DNA of 64,000 bases from Dehalococcoidia bacterium. Lineage in GTDB: Bacteria; Chloroflexota; Dehalococcoidia; GIF9; DYGU01. The notes under the pieces were generated by a model. That model was given only the letters and a program-made list of their open reading frames with translations. It did not search any database and had not been told where the DNA came from. Shown one piece after another: positions 1 to 9,076 of the stretch. The position numbers and the translations under genes were made by a program. Position 1 is the first letter of the stretch; each line of letters starts with the position of its first letter. Location of the stretch: NCBI GenBank assembly GCA_042408205.1, contig JBHOQK010000011.1, forward strand, positions 6,348-70,347. Direction: 5' to 3'.

Positions 1-1245
1 TTTGACCGCAGTCTGATTACAGGTTTATTCTTGGCTTCAACCACCCTACCTTACAAAGAAAAGCAATCAGCAGCTACCGTTGCCGCTGCTATCGACTTGG
101 GACGAGAAAGTTTAACTATTGATTTTACCGATTCGATCAGGGCTGGCACCAGTGCCTTACTTGTGGCTGCTAATATGATTAAAGCTGGTGCCATGAAAAA
201 CGTTTTAGTAATTGCCTCTGATTGTCGCTTGGGTATCCCTAACTCGGAACTAGAGTCTCTTTTTGGTGACGGTGCCGCTGCTCTCCTCCTTAGTGATTCC
301 GAGGTAGCAGTTAATATCACCGGTAGCTGTACTATCGCTGAGGAGTTTATTGACTGGTGGCGGACTGAAGGGGATCCTTTTGTCCGCACCTGGGAAGACC
401 GCTTTGTTGTAAATCAAGGTTATATTAGAAACCTTCAGGAAGTTACCTTTAGAATACTCAAAAAATATAATCTCGCAACCAAAGACTTAACCAAAGCTAT
501 TTTCTATGCTCCTGACCCCCGAAGCCATACTGCTTTGGCACGGACTTTAGGCTTTGACTTGAAAACCCAGGTAATACCTCCTTTATTTGATACTATAGGA
601 AATACAGGAACCGCCTTTGCTTTGATGATGTTAGTCGCTGCTTTAGACGAAGCCAGAGCTGGAGATAAAATACTTCTGACTAATTATGGGGATGGGGCTG
701 AGGCTTTTATTCTTGAGGTAACAGAGCATATAGATAAATTAAAAAATAGACGAACTTTAGCGAATTACCTTAAATCAAAGATGATGCTTTCCAGTTACGA
801 GAAGTATCTCCACTTTCGCCATATTATACCGGCAGAGTTAACCCGTCGTCCTGAGTTAAGCTCTTCAGTTCCCATAGTTTGGCGGGACCGAGAAAGTATA
901 TACCAATTTTACGGCGCTAAATGTCGACATTGCGGCACAGTACAATTTCCCCCAAGAAAAGTTTGCATTAACTGCCAAACTAAGGATCAATTTGAAAAGA
1001 TAAGGATGAGTGATAAAAAGGCAGAAATTTTTTCCTTTACTTTAGACACTATTTTCCCCACTCCTGATCCCCCTACAGTTATGGCAGTAATCAACTTCGA
1101 AGGTGGTGGTAGGATGAACTGCCATTTAACGGATCGGGATCCGAACACTGTTAAAGTTGGTATGCCTGTGGAAATGACTTTCCGTCGGATGCATACCGGG
1201 GCTGGCTTTTATAATTATTTTTGGAAAGCAAGACCAATTAGGTAA
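1..1245 (+). CDS. Archaeal-type HMG-CoA synthase fused to a C-terminal DUF35 (OB-fold/Zn-ribbon) domain. The gene is 5'-truncated by the window edge.
   Basis: The reading frame is open from base 1 (FDRSLITGLFLASTTLPYKEKQ) and aligns with the paralog at 57978 (IDRNKIDGLFFASTTFPYKEKQ), so the TTG at 31 is not the true start. The sequence carries condensing-enzyme motifs (VLVIASDCRLG, FGDGAAALLL). The C-terminal rubredoxin-like ribbon CRHCGTVQFPPRKVCINCQ is typical of DUF35/SCP-x-associated proteins. Confidence 0.7.
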   Translation, partial: FDRSLITGLFLASTTLPYKEKQSAATVAAAIDLGRESLTIDFTDSIRAGTSALLVAANMIKAGAMKNVLVIASDCRLGIPNSELESLFGDGAAALLLSDSEVAVNITGSCTIAEEFIDWWRTEGDPFVRTWEDRFVVNQGYIRNLQEVTFRILKKYNLATKDLTKAIFYAPDPRSHTALARTLGFDLKTQVIPPLFDTIGNTGTAFALMMLVAALDEARAGDKILLTNYGDGAEAFILEVTEHIDKLKNRRTLANYLKSKMMLSSYEKYLHFRHIIPAELTRRPELSSSVPIVWRDRESIYQFYGAKCRHCGTVQFPPRKVCINCQTKDQFEKIRMSDKKAEIFSFTLDTIFPTPDPPTVMAVINFEGGGRMNCHLTDRDPNTVKVGMPVEMTFRRMHTGAGFYNYFWKARPIR

Positions 1246-1256
1246 GGGAGGTAAAA

Positions 1257-2447
1257 TTGTCAAGCATAAAAGACAAGGTAGCTATAATCGGGACTGGTTG
1301 TACTAAATTTGGGGAACACTGGGATAAAAGTGCTCAAGATTTGATAGTAGAAGCAGTATATGAAGCCTTTGCCGATGCCAATATTGAGCCTAAGGATATA
1401 CAAGCTGCTTGGTTAGGCATTGTCTGGTCTGGAGAATCAGGGGTTTTTTTATCCCATGCTCTTCGCCTACCCTATATACCAGTTACCCGAGTAGAGAACC
1501 GATGTGGCAGTGGCATTGATGCCATTAGAAATGCCGCTTATGCTGTTGCTTCTGGAGCCTATGATATTGTTTTAGCTGTAGGAGCTGAGAAGCTTAAGGA
1601 CAGTGGTATCGTGGGGGTTCCTGCTTTTGGTAGTGAAGCTCATCCCGCTTATAGTGCTGGACTTGGCGGTGGTCCAGCTGGAGAATTTGCCTTCAGAGCT
1701 ACCCGGTATTTTTATAAATATGGTATAAGCCCAGAAAAGGGAAAAGAAGCTTTAGCCAAGATTGCAGTGAAAAATCATTATAATGGCTCATTAAATCCTA
1801 AAGCCCAATTTCAGCGGGAAATAACTTTAGAACAAGCCTTAAATGCTCCCATTATTGCCTGGCCCTTAGGACTTTTTGATTGTTGCCCAGTTAGCGATGG
1901 AGCCGCAGCTGCCATTTTATGCCGAGCCGATTTAGCCACAAACTTTCGAAAGGATCCTATCTACATTAAAGGGTTAGGATTAAGTTGCGGCTTTGGGGCT
2001 GATTACGGTAAGGACGATTACGACTTAACCCACTTTGAAGAAACTGTAGTTGCCGGGAAACGAGCTTACCAAGAGGCTGGAATAGAAAATCCTTTTGAGG
2101 AGATAAGTTTAGCTGAAGTTCACGATTGCTTTACCATAACTGAGCTTCTAATCTATGAAGATTTGGGGTTTTGCCCCCGGGGTGAAGCTATAAACTACAT
2201 TGATAGAGGTACTTTTACCCTCCAAGGTAAACTACCCGTTAACACTGATGGTGGTTTAAAATGTTTCGGTCATCCTTTAGGCGCCAGTGGTTTAAGAATG
2301 ACCTACGAAATATGTAAGCAGCTTCAGGGCAAAGCAGAAAAACGTCAATTAAAGGAACCTAAAATAGGTCTGGTTCACAATTTAGGACTAATTATGGGTG
2401 GTTCTGCCGTATGTGGGGTGGCTATTTTAGGAAAAGACAAAGATTGA
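1257..2447 (+). CDS. SCP-x/archaeal-type thiolase (acetyl-CoA C-acetyltransferase-like), partner of the HMGCS::DUF35 gene.
   Basis: The N-terminus KVAIIGTGCTKFGE carries the nucleophile Cys. The C-terminal GHPLGASGLRM is the thiolase signature. The RBS GGGAGG lies 12 nt downstream of the preceding stop, consistent with co-transcription. Confidence 0.8.
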   Translation: MSSIKDKVAIIGTGCTKFGEHWDKSAQDLIVEAVYEAFADANIEPKDIQAAWLGIVWSGESGVFLSHALRLPYIPVTRVENRCGSGIDAIRNAAYAVASGAYDIVLAVGAEKLKDSGIVGVPAFGSEAHPAYSAGLGGGPAGEFAFRATRYFYKYGISPEKGKEALAKIAVKNHYNGSLNPKAQFQREITLEQALNAPIIAWPLGLFDCCPVSDGAAAAILCRADLATNFRKDPIYIKGLGLSCGFGADYGKDDYDLTHFEETVVAGKRAYQEAGIENPFEEISLAEVHDCFTITELLIYEDLGFCPRGEAINYIDRGTFTLQGKLPVNTDGGLKCFGHPLGASGLRMTYEICKQLQGKAEKRQLKEPKIGLVHNLGLIMGGSAVCGVAILGKDKD

Positions 2448-2457
2448 AATATAAATC

Positions 2458-3066
2458 TTAACTGGTAGCTTCCTGATAAGCTTTATAACCTAAATTAAAA
2501 GCCTCAATATTAACTTGAGCTACTTTTGGGTTTGGAAAGCGGGATTCAATAGTTTCTTTTATAGTTTCTATTTTTATGGGGATGAGTCCAGTGCCAAAAG
2601 CAGCTCCCAGCATTACTATATTAGCTGAGCGAGGATTTCCCACTTCCGTTGCCAGCTTAAAAATATCTAAAGCTACTACCTTCCCTGAGTTCGCTTTCAG
2701 TATTTCGACAATTTGTTCTAATGAGGGGTAATTGCTTTTACCTATCAGAACCATAACCGGAAGAATTTTCCGAGTGTTAAGGATGACTATACTAGATTGA
2801 GAAAGATAACCGATATTTCTGAGACACTCTCCAGGCTCCATCCCTAACATGATATCGCACTTCCCCATGGGAATAAGAGCCGCGTATGTCTCACCCCCAA
2901 GCCTTATGGTACTAATTACAGGTCCACCCCTCACTGCCATGCCTAACACGTCAGAGCTTCTAACACTGATACCTTGCCTAACTGCAGCTTCTCCTAAAAG
3001 CTCTGAGATCATAATTACCCCCTGACCCCCCACTCCAGCGATAAATATATTAATTTCAGTTTTCAT
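2458..3066 (-). CDS. iorB: Indolepyruvate:ferredoxin oxidoreductase, beta subunit.
   Basis: The N-terminus IFIAGVGGQGVI is the oxidoreductase gamma-domain motif. Its ~200-aa size and position immediately downstream of iorA fit the known arrangement. Confidence 0.8.
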   Translation of the reverse strand: MKTEINIFIAGVGGQGVIMISELLGEAAVRQGISVRSSDVLGMAVRGGPVISTIRLGGETYAALIPMGKCDIMLGMEPGECLRNIGYLSQSSIVILNTRKILPVMVLIGKSNYPSLEQIVEILKANSGKVVALDIFKLATEVGNPRSANIVMLGAAFGTGLIPIKIETIKETIESRFPNPKVAQVNIEAFNLGYKAYQEATS

Positions 3067-3077
3067 TCCGCTCCTTG

Positions 3078-5030
3078 CTACAAGATAGCTTTATAGGGAC
3101 AAATCTGGGCGCAGACTCCGCAGGGAAAGCATAAAGTAGTATCTATAACTGCTTTCCCATTCTCCTTTGATATAGCTGGACAACCTAAAAGTTGAATACA
3201 AGCATTACATTTGTTACTGCATTTTTGGGGATCAACCTGATAAGGACGAAGAGGTTCCTCTTCTCTCCCTTTTCCCTCGATCATAGTCCAAGCAAACATA
3301 GCTTCGCCCTTTTTTCTCCTTCTCTCCCGCTCCCGCATAGCTAATATAGTACACATCCGCCTCATAACCACAAATGCCGGACCATCAAACTTAATTGCCT
3401 TTTCCATAACTTCAATTGCCTGCTTCAGGTCGTAAGGGTCAACAACTTCGACAAATTTAACTCCACAAGCTTTAGCCACATCTTCAGGTTTCAGCTGGAC
3501 AGCTTCCTCACCCATAGCAGTGGAGCCTGTCCCTGGATGAGGCTGAAAACCAGTCATAGAAGTAGCCGAATTATCTAATACAACCATAGTTATATTGGCT
3601 TTATTCCAAACCGCATTTATTAATGGAGGTATCCCAGCATGGAAGAAGGTTGAGTCACCCAAATGAGCTACCACCGGATTATCAACTATATGGGCAAAAC
3701 CGTTAGCTAATCCAAAACCTCCCCCCATACAAATAATAGAATCTACAGTTTCCAAAGGAGGCTCCACAGCTAAGGCATAACAACCAATATCACTGGGATA
3801 AATGGGTATTAAATCTTTACCCATTTCCCGAGCCACGCGTCTTGCCGCTACCTTAATGGCGTAATTAGAAGCCCGATGAGGACAACCCGGACATAAAATG
3901 GGTGGTCTTTTAGGTAAAAGAGGAGCTACTTCTTGATTAAATTTATCCAGCTTGGTGAAATCAATAGGAGATGGTACACCAACAAAATCAGCAATGGCTT
4001 TCACCACCTTTTCCGTAGATAACTCGCCGATTAACGGCACCAAATCTTTACCATGAATTTTAACCACTATACCAGCCTCAGCAGCGATTATTTTGGTATG
4101 ATTTTCCACAAATGGTTCCAGTTCCTCCACAACCAGTACCTTCTCCACCGAAGTCAAAAGCTTTCTAACCAACTCAGCCGGCAATGGATAGGAAGTGCCA
4201 ATTTTTAACAAGGAGACCTTGTCTTCCAATTGTAACCATCTGAGGGCTTCTAAGACATAACTATAAGAGAGACCGGACGCAATTATACCTATCTTTGAGC
4301 CTTGACTAAGTTTTAATTGATTATAAGGGAGCTGGTTTACTGCTTCTTTTATTTTCTCAAATCTCTGAATCATTAATACTCGGTTCCTTCTGGCTCCAGC
4401 GGGAGTATAAACTAACCAGGGGATATTTCTTTCCCAGGAAGCTTTTCTCTTTTCCTTGGGTAACTCTCCTAATACCACGTCGCCTCGTGAATGACTTAAC
4501 CTAGTCACACTCCTCAGGATAAAAGGCTGACCGAATTCTTCAGACAATTTAAAGGCATCAACGGTCATATCTTTAGCCTCTTGAACAGTAGAAGGTTCAA
4601 GAACAGGTATATAAGCTTGTTCGGCAACATATCGAGTATCTTGTTCATTTTGAGAACTCCACATCCAAGGGTCATCAGCTACCACTAATAACAGACCACC
4701 TTTAGCTCCAATATAACCAGCAGTCATTAGTGGGTCATGGCATACATTTACACCTACGTGCTTCATACACGCCATAGCTCTCACTCCACATATAGAGCCA
4801 GCTAAAGCTACTTCAAAAGCCACTTTCTCATTAACTGACCATTCCACATACATGCCAACACTTTTGGCTACCCAACCCAAAGAGCCCACTATTTCACTGG
4901 AAGGGGTGCCCGGATAAGCTGCCGCTACTTGGACTCCCGCTTCTATAGCTCCTCTGGCTATAGCTTCATTGCCCAAAAGGAACATCTTTTCCCCCGGCGC
5001 ATCTGAAATAATAGTTAATTCTTTCGCCAA
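3078..5030 (-). CDS. iorA: Indolepyruvate:ferredoxin oxidoreductase, alpha subunit, comprising TPP-binding domains plus a C-terminal 2x[4Fe-4S] domain.
   Basis: The protein is 650 aa. Two ferredoxin motifs are present (CSNKCNACIQLLGCP and CFPCGVCAQICP). The GDSTFFHAG sequence is the TPP-binding motif. Confidence 0.85.
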   Translation of the reverse strand: MAKELTIISDAPGEKMFLLGNEAIARGAIEAGVQVAAAYPGTPSSEIVGSLGWVAKSVGMYVEWSVNEKVAFEVALAGSICGVRAMACMKHVGVNVCHDPLMTAGYIGAKGGLLLVVADDPWMWSSQNEQDTRYVAEQAYIPVLEPSTVQEAKDMTVDAFKLSEEFGQPFILRSVTRLSHSRGDVVLGELPKEKRKASWERNIPWLVYTPAGARRNRVLMIQRFEKIKEAVNQLPYNQLKLSQGSKIGIIASGLSYSYVLEALRWLQLEDKVSLLKIGTSYPLPAELVRKLLTSVEKVLVVEELEPFVENHTKIIAAEAGIVVKIHGKDLVPLIGELSTEKVVKAIADFVGVPSPIDFTKLDKFNQEVAPLLPKRPPILCPGCPHRASNYAIKVAARRVAREMGKDLIPIYPSDIGCYALAVEPPLETVDSIICMGGGFGLANGFAHIVDNPVVAHLGDSTFFHAGIPPLINAVWNKANITMVVLDNSATSMTGFQPHPGTGSTAMGEEAVQLKPEDVAKACGVKFVEVVDPYDLKQAIEVMEKAIKFDGPAFVVMRRMCTILAMRERERRRKKGEAMFAWTMIEGKGREEEPLRPYQVDPQKCSNKCNACIQLLGCPAISKENGKAVIDTTLCFPCGVCAQICPYKAIL

Positions 5031-5184
5031 TCTAAACCTCCTTTAATATTCAAACAACCTTCGAGAATATCGGGAATAATAAAGGATATAACAAATCATA
5101 ATACATCAAAAAAACTGGGACAAATCAAGATTAAAAGGTCTCTTTTAGAGGTCAATTTATTAACGAGGAGCTTTAGAAATGGTT

Positions 5185-5220
5185 AAAAAACAGAGGAGCC
5201 CCTTCTACAGGGGCTCCTCT
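5185..5220 (-). terminator. Rho-independent terminator for the minus-strand Pro-rich lipoprotein gene.
   Basis: A perfect 11-bp stem (agaggagcccc, loop ttctaca, ggggctcctct) spans 5192-5220. On the minus strand it is followed by TTTTTT (5185-5190). Confidence 0.7.
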
Positions 5221-5231
5221 CTCAAGCACTG

Positions 5232-5774
5232 CTACTTGGGTGGGTGAACTATCTCTATAGTCGTCCGGTCAACGCACCCAGATAAAGCCCCCACAGCCTT
5301 CACCACATAAATCCCTGGAGGAAGGGGATTAAAGGTTTTCGGATCCGGTAATAGTAAAGAAGTCGTGGGGTCTACTGGTCGAAGAGGATCACCCCGCATG
5401 AATACTTGGTGAGCTGCAGGACCTACAGTTGCTGTAAATCTACCTGCTTCATCGGCTTGACCCCAGGCAATAGCAACACCTCCGTCTATGTCAACTTCCC
5501 CTTTCACTGTTGGTGCTATATCTTTAGGTAACATTAGTTTAATTACCACAACCTCTTTAGGCGCCCAGCCATAGCCTTTAAAGACAATTGGGGAAGGCTT
5601 GATGGGCCAGGACAATTCTAATTTTCCTGGACCCTCAATAACCCCTTCTGCCGCTGGAGGTGGAGGCGGTGGCGGTGGTGGAGGGGGTGGTGCTGGGGCA
5701 CAAGCGACTAAGGGTAAAACTAAAAGGAGCAATACTCCCAGAATAAAGGTTGCTTTTTTCAAATTAAAATACAT
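5232..5774 (-). CDS. Lipoprotein with a 13-residue polyproline linker (hypothetical).
   Basis: A strong RBS (AGGAGGGAGGG) precedes the ATG at 5774 (MYFNLKK). The signal peptide carries lipobox LVAC. A P13 run follows the lipid-anchor Cys. The upstream M at 5795 overlaps the substrate-binding-protein gene and is less likely the start. Confidence 0.6.
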   Translation of the reverse strand: MYFNLKKATFILGVLLLLVLPLVACAPAPPPPPPPPPPPPAAEGVIEGPGKLELSWPIKPSPIVFKGYGWAPKEVVVIKLMLPKDIAPTVKGEVDIDGGVAIAWGQADEAGRFTATVGPAAHQVFMRGDPLRPVDPTTSLLLPDPKTFNPLPPGIYVVKAVGALSGCVDRTTIEIVHPPK

Positions 5775-5788
5775 TTTCCCTCCCTCCT

Positions 5789-7030
5789 TTACCACTTGAA
5801 TAGAGCCACAGCATCAGGAGTTTTTACTGCTTCCTTACCAGGGATAGGAAGCACTTTGCCACCTTTGATCTGGTAGAATCGGACAGCATCACTGGCACGG
5901 CGGTTGGTCTCGGAATAAGTGCAGGGAGAGAAGAGAAGACCTTTCTGGTCGAAGCCAGTAAGCCCTTTGTAATGTTTGAAAACATCATCGGGGCTAAGTT
6001 TCTCATAGCTAACTTCTTTAAGGGCTCTTCTAATTACCTCTTCAAACTGTCGACCACGGTTTATTCCAGCAGCATAAGCTCCCCACATTTCCTTAACTGG
6101 AGTCCCGCGCCACTTCTCCCAGGTCTCCTTGACTAAAGGATGAGCCCGAGCTTCGTCCTCCCTGAGATAAAAACTACAAGTGATACAACCTTCAACCGCT
6201 TCTGGAGCCATTTTGACACCAGAGTGCTCATAAAGTCCCCAAGTATCGTTGAGAAACTGAATTTTTGGTATTAATCCCATACCAAAAGCGTCCCTAAGCA
6301 CAATAGCTGGAGTAGGATCAAGAGCTCCTATGTAAATATAGTTAGCTCCGCCGGCATCCAGTCGGGTAAGATAAGGTTTGTGGTCAAGGGTACCTACTGG
6401 GAAATATTCTGGAGGCAAAACTTTTACCCCTACTTTTTCGGCATATTCCTTGCCACCACGGGGGTGTTCCCGACCATAGGCATTATCCCAACCCATGTAA
6501 CCCATTGTTGGTAACCCTGGCTTTCCTTTGGCTTTCCAGTCCGCGACTATAAAGTCAACCACAGCAGCAAACTGATCTTGGTAAGCTGGACCAAGGAGGA
6601 ACATTCTCCCCAGCTTTGCTTGCCATTCTCCATCAGCCGGAGTGAAAGAAACAACTTTGTCAGCTTCGGCTAAAGGACCACAAGCCTTACCCAAAGGAGT
6701 GCCACCAAACCAGACAGCCATCAGTTTAGGCTCTCCCCGATACCTCATGTAACCAGATACAGCTCGAGAAACATCATAACGAGTATCCACCGCTATAAAC
6801 TTTATTTTCACCCCATCAATACCACCCTTGGCATTCACTCCTTTAAACCAGTCTTCCACACCCATGGCCATAGCTAAGTCAGCAGTGGTAACTGGTCCTG
6901 TAGCATCATGGAGAGATAGATAGGTAACAAATTTCTCTGGTGCTGGGGCTTTGGGAGCACAGCCACTAACCACCAGCCCTACCACAAGAAGAACTGATAA
7001 AATCCCCACGCTTATTACTTTTGTTTTCAA
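5789..7030 (-). CDS. ABC transporter substrate-binding lipoprotein, Liv/branched-chain-amino-acid (type I PBP) family. Probably an aromatic or organic acid binder.
   Basis: The signal peptide ends in lipobox VVSGC. The sequence shows LivJ-like fold features (GYMGWDNAYG, the ~410-aa length). It is the first gene of a 5-gene permease/ATPase/ligase operon. Confidence 0.75.
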   Translation of the reverse strand: MKTKVISVGILSVLLVVGLVVSGCAPKAPAPEKFVTYLSLHDATGPVTTADLAMAMGVEDWFKGVNAKGGIDGVKIKFIAVDTRYDVSRAVSGYMRYRGEPKLMAVWFGGTPLGKACGPLAEADKVVSFTPADGEWQAKLGRMFLLGPAYQDQFAAVVDFIVADWKAKGKPGLPTMGYMGWDNAYGREHPRGGKEYAEKVGVKVLPPEYFPVGTLDHKPYLTRLDAGGANYIYIGALDPTPAIVLRDAFGMGLIPKIQFLNDTWGLYEHSGVKMAPEAVEGCITCSFYLREDEARAHPLVKETWEKWRGTPVKEMWGAYAAGINRGRQFEEVIRRALKEVSYEKLSPDDVFKHYKGLTGFDQKGLLFSPCTYSETNRRASDAVRFYQIKGGKVLPIPGKEAVKTPDAVALFKW

Positions 7031-7130
7031 ACCCCCTCCTTTCTCTTTTTAATTTTTAATTTTAAAAATTCTTTGAAGTTCTCTCCTCATATTTCCTACT
7101 CTCACCCCCTTTTAATTATTTAATTATTAT

Positions 7131-8174
7131 TTAATAAGCAAAGGGATAAAGTCGATAGGAAGCTTTAAAAATATGCCAACGATGGGCGATCCCTCTCGGC
7201 TCAAAGATCAAGAATAATATTATTACGATAGCTCCAGCAATACCAGTCAAAGCCGCTGTTGGTGCCATACCCCATATGGGAAATATAGCTGCAAAAGTTG
7301 GGGCAGAAAGCAATACAGCTTCATCTACTAAGCGTAGGAAAATCACCCCAAAAAAAGCTCCCGGAATACTCCCCATGCCACCCACAATCATCATTCCCAC
7401 CATCATCACCGCCAAGACAATACTATAATGCTCCGGATGAACCACCATCAACCAATGGGCATATAATGCTCCAGCAATACCAGCATAAAAGCAGCCAATA
7501 AAGAAAGCCAGTAATTTATAGTAAAAAAGATTAATCCCCATTACTTCAGCGGCTAAATCGTTATCCCGAATAGCCACAAAAGCTCTACCTACCCTAGTTC
7601 TAACTATATTTTGAGCCGCCATAGTCATTATTAGCATAACAGTTATAATAATATAATACATGCGTTCAGGAGTATTGAAGACAAAGTTGCCCAGCTTGGG
7701 TGGTGGTGGATGAAGTCCAGTAACAGTCCCAGTTATTTCCAGCCGAATTACCAGCCACATAATCAGGAAGTGAGTAGCAAAGGTAGCCAGAGCTAAATAG
7801 AAGCCTTTAACCCTCAGCGATGGTCCACCAGCCACGGCTCCAATTAAACCAGCCCCAATGCCAGCTAAGGGGAGAGCTACCCAAAAGGGAACACCCCGAA
7901 GAGTAAGAATAGCCGAAGTATAAGCACCTACAGCCATAAAAACAGCTTGCCCTAATGATACCTGACCACAATAGCCACTAACAATTTGAAGCCCGAGAAC
8001 AGCAATGACTAAAACTCCAATATGGTTTATTAATGCCACAAAATAACTACCACCATAAAGCGGTAAGGTAAAAAGCCAAAGTAAGGCACCTATGAAAATT
8101 AACCACTGCCACCGGGTACGGATAATAGCTATATCTTTAGCATAACTGGAATTGTAAGTGCCACAAGGAAGCAT
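7131..8174 (-). CDS. Branched-chain-type ABC transporter permease (LivM-like).
   Basis: The protein has multiple hydrophobic helices and sits in the Liv-type operon. Confidence 0.75.
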   Translation of the reverse strand: MLPCGTYNSSYAKDIAIIRTRWQWLIFIGALLWLFTLPLYGGSYFVALINHIGVLVIAVLGLQIVSGYCGQVSLGQAVFMAVGAYTSAILTLRGVPFWVALPLAGIGAGLIGAVAGGPSLRVKGFYLALATFATHFLIMWLVIRLEITGTVTGLHPPPPKLGNFVFNTPERMYYIIITVMLIMTMAAQNIVRTRVGRAFVAIRDNDLAAEVMGINLFYYKLLAFFIGCFYAGIAGALYAHWLMVVHPEHYSIVLAVMMVGMMIVGGMGSIPGAFFGVIFLRLVDEAVLLSAPTFAAIFPIWGMAPTAALTGIAGAIVIILFLIFEPRGIAHRWHIFKASYRLYPFAY

Positions 8175-8176
8175 TT

Positions 8177-9064
8177 TTATATCCTCTCAATTCTGACTAA
8201 ACCGAAAAGACCATAAGGTCTCACCAGCAAGATTAATAGTAACATAATATAAGCCGCAGCATCTTTAAAACCACCACCAACAAAGGGGTCTAAATAACCA
8301 GCGGTGACATTTTCAAAAATTCCGAGGATCAAGCCCCCCAAAAAAACTCCAAGTAGAGAATCCAGTCCACCAAAAAGAGCCGCTGCCACCCCTTTTATAA
8401 TCATAGCCGCTGGTAAAAAGAAGTGAATACCCATGATACTGGCTATACCAATACCACCCACCGTTGCCAAAATTGCTGCCATAACCCAAGTCACAAAGAA
8501 CACCCACTTCACATTTATCCCGGTACTTTGAGCCAATTGATGGTCTTCCGAAGTAGCTCTCATGCCCAAGCCAGCCTTGGTATACCGAAAGAAGAGTGCC
8601 AAAATAAGGAACAACAATATAACTACACCAAAGATGGTCAAATGGTCTATAGGAATAGTAATTCCAGCGAAGGAAAGATTTCCTTTGGGTAAAAAGGGAG
8701 GATAAACTCTACCTACTCCTTTAAGGATTAATGCCAGGGCTTGGTCTAAACCTAAAGAAATAGCGACAGTCATGAAGAAAGCGGCAAATAAAGGCTGCCC
8801 AATGAGGGGCCGCATGGCAAAGCGTTCCAGAGCTGCCCCCATAAGGGCAGCAAAAACAATTGTTAAGAGAAAACCAAGCCAGAAAGGCAATTTCCAAGCC
8901 GCAAAAACAAACCAGAAGAAAAGAGCCCCAATAGCTAATATAGAACCTTGAGCCAAACTAAGGACCTGGGTCGCCTTAAAAATTAAGACTACACTGGCAC
9001 CGACTATAGCATATAAACCACCGACCAATAATCCGGTAACAACCAATTGGAAAAATGTGGTCAT
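8177..9064 (-). CDS. Branched-chain-type ABC transporter permease (LivH-like).
   Basis: Polytopic membrane protein of ~295 aa, typical of LivH, in the Liv-type operon. Confidence 0.75.
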   Translation of the reverse strand: MTTFFQLVVTGLLVGGLYAIVGASVVLIFKATQVLSLAQGSILAIGALFFWFVFAAWKLPFWLGFLLTIVFAALMGAALERFAMRPLIGQPLFAAFFMTVAISLGLDQALALILKGVGRVYPPFLPKGNLSFAGITIPIDHLTIFGVVILLFLILALFFRYTKAGLGMRATSEDHQLAQSTGINVKWVFFVTWVMAAILATVGGIGIASIMGIHFFLPAAMIIKGVAAALFGGLDSLLGVFLGGLILGIFENVTAGYLDPFVGGGFKDAAAYIMLLLILLVRPYGLFGLVRIERI

Positions 9065-9076
9065 TTTTCTCCTTAC

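Noticed and set aside
31-1245. ORF-track start (TTG at 31) for the first gene.
   Set aside because: The frame is open back to base 1. Residues 1-30 (FDRSLITGLF) align with the paralog at 57978, so the gene is 5'-truncated by the window and position 31 is not the start.
5599-5799. Plus-strand ORF encoding a poly-Gly peptide (GGGGGGGGGGGG).
   Set aside because: It is the antisense reading of the polyproline-coding GC-rich repeat of the lipoprotein gene. It has no RBS or start context and is an artefact.
7298-8692. Small ORFs (7298-7501, 8313-8507, 8423-8692) inside or antisense to the permease genes.
   Set aside because: They are embedded in well-supported LivM/LivH coding regions, have low complexity and carry no independent signals.
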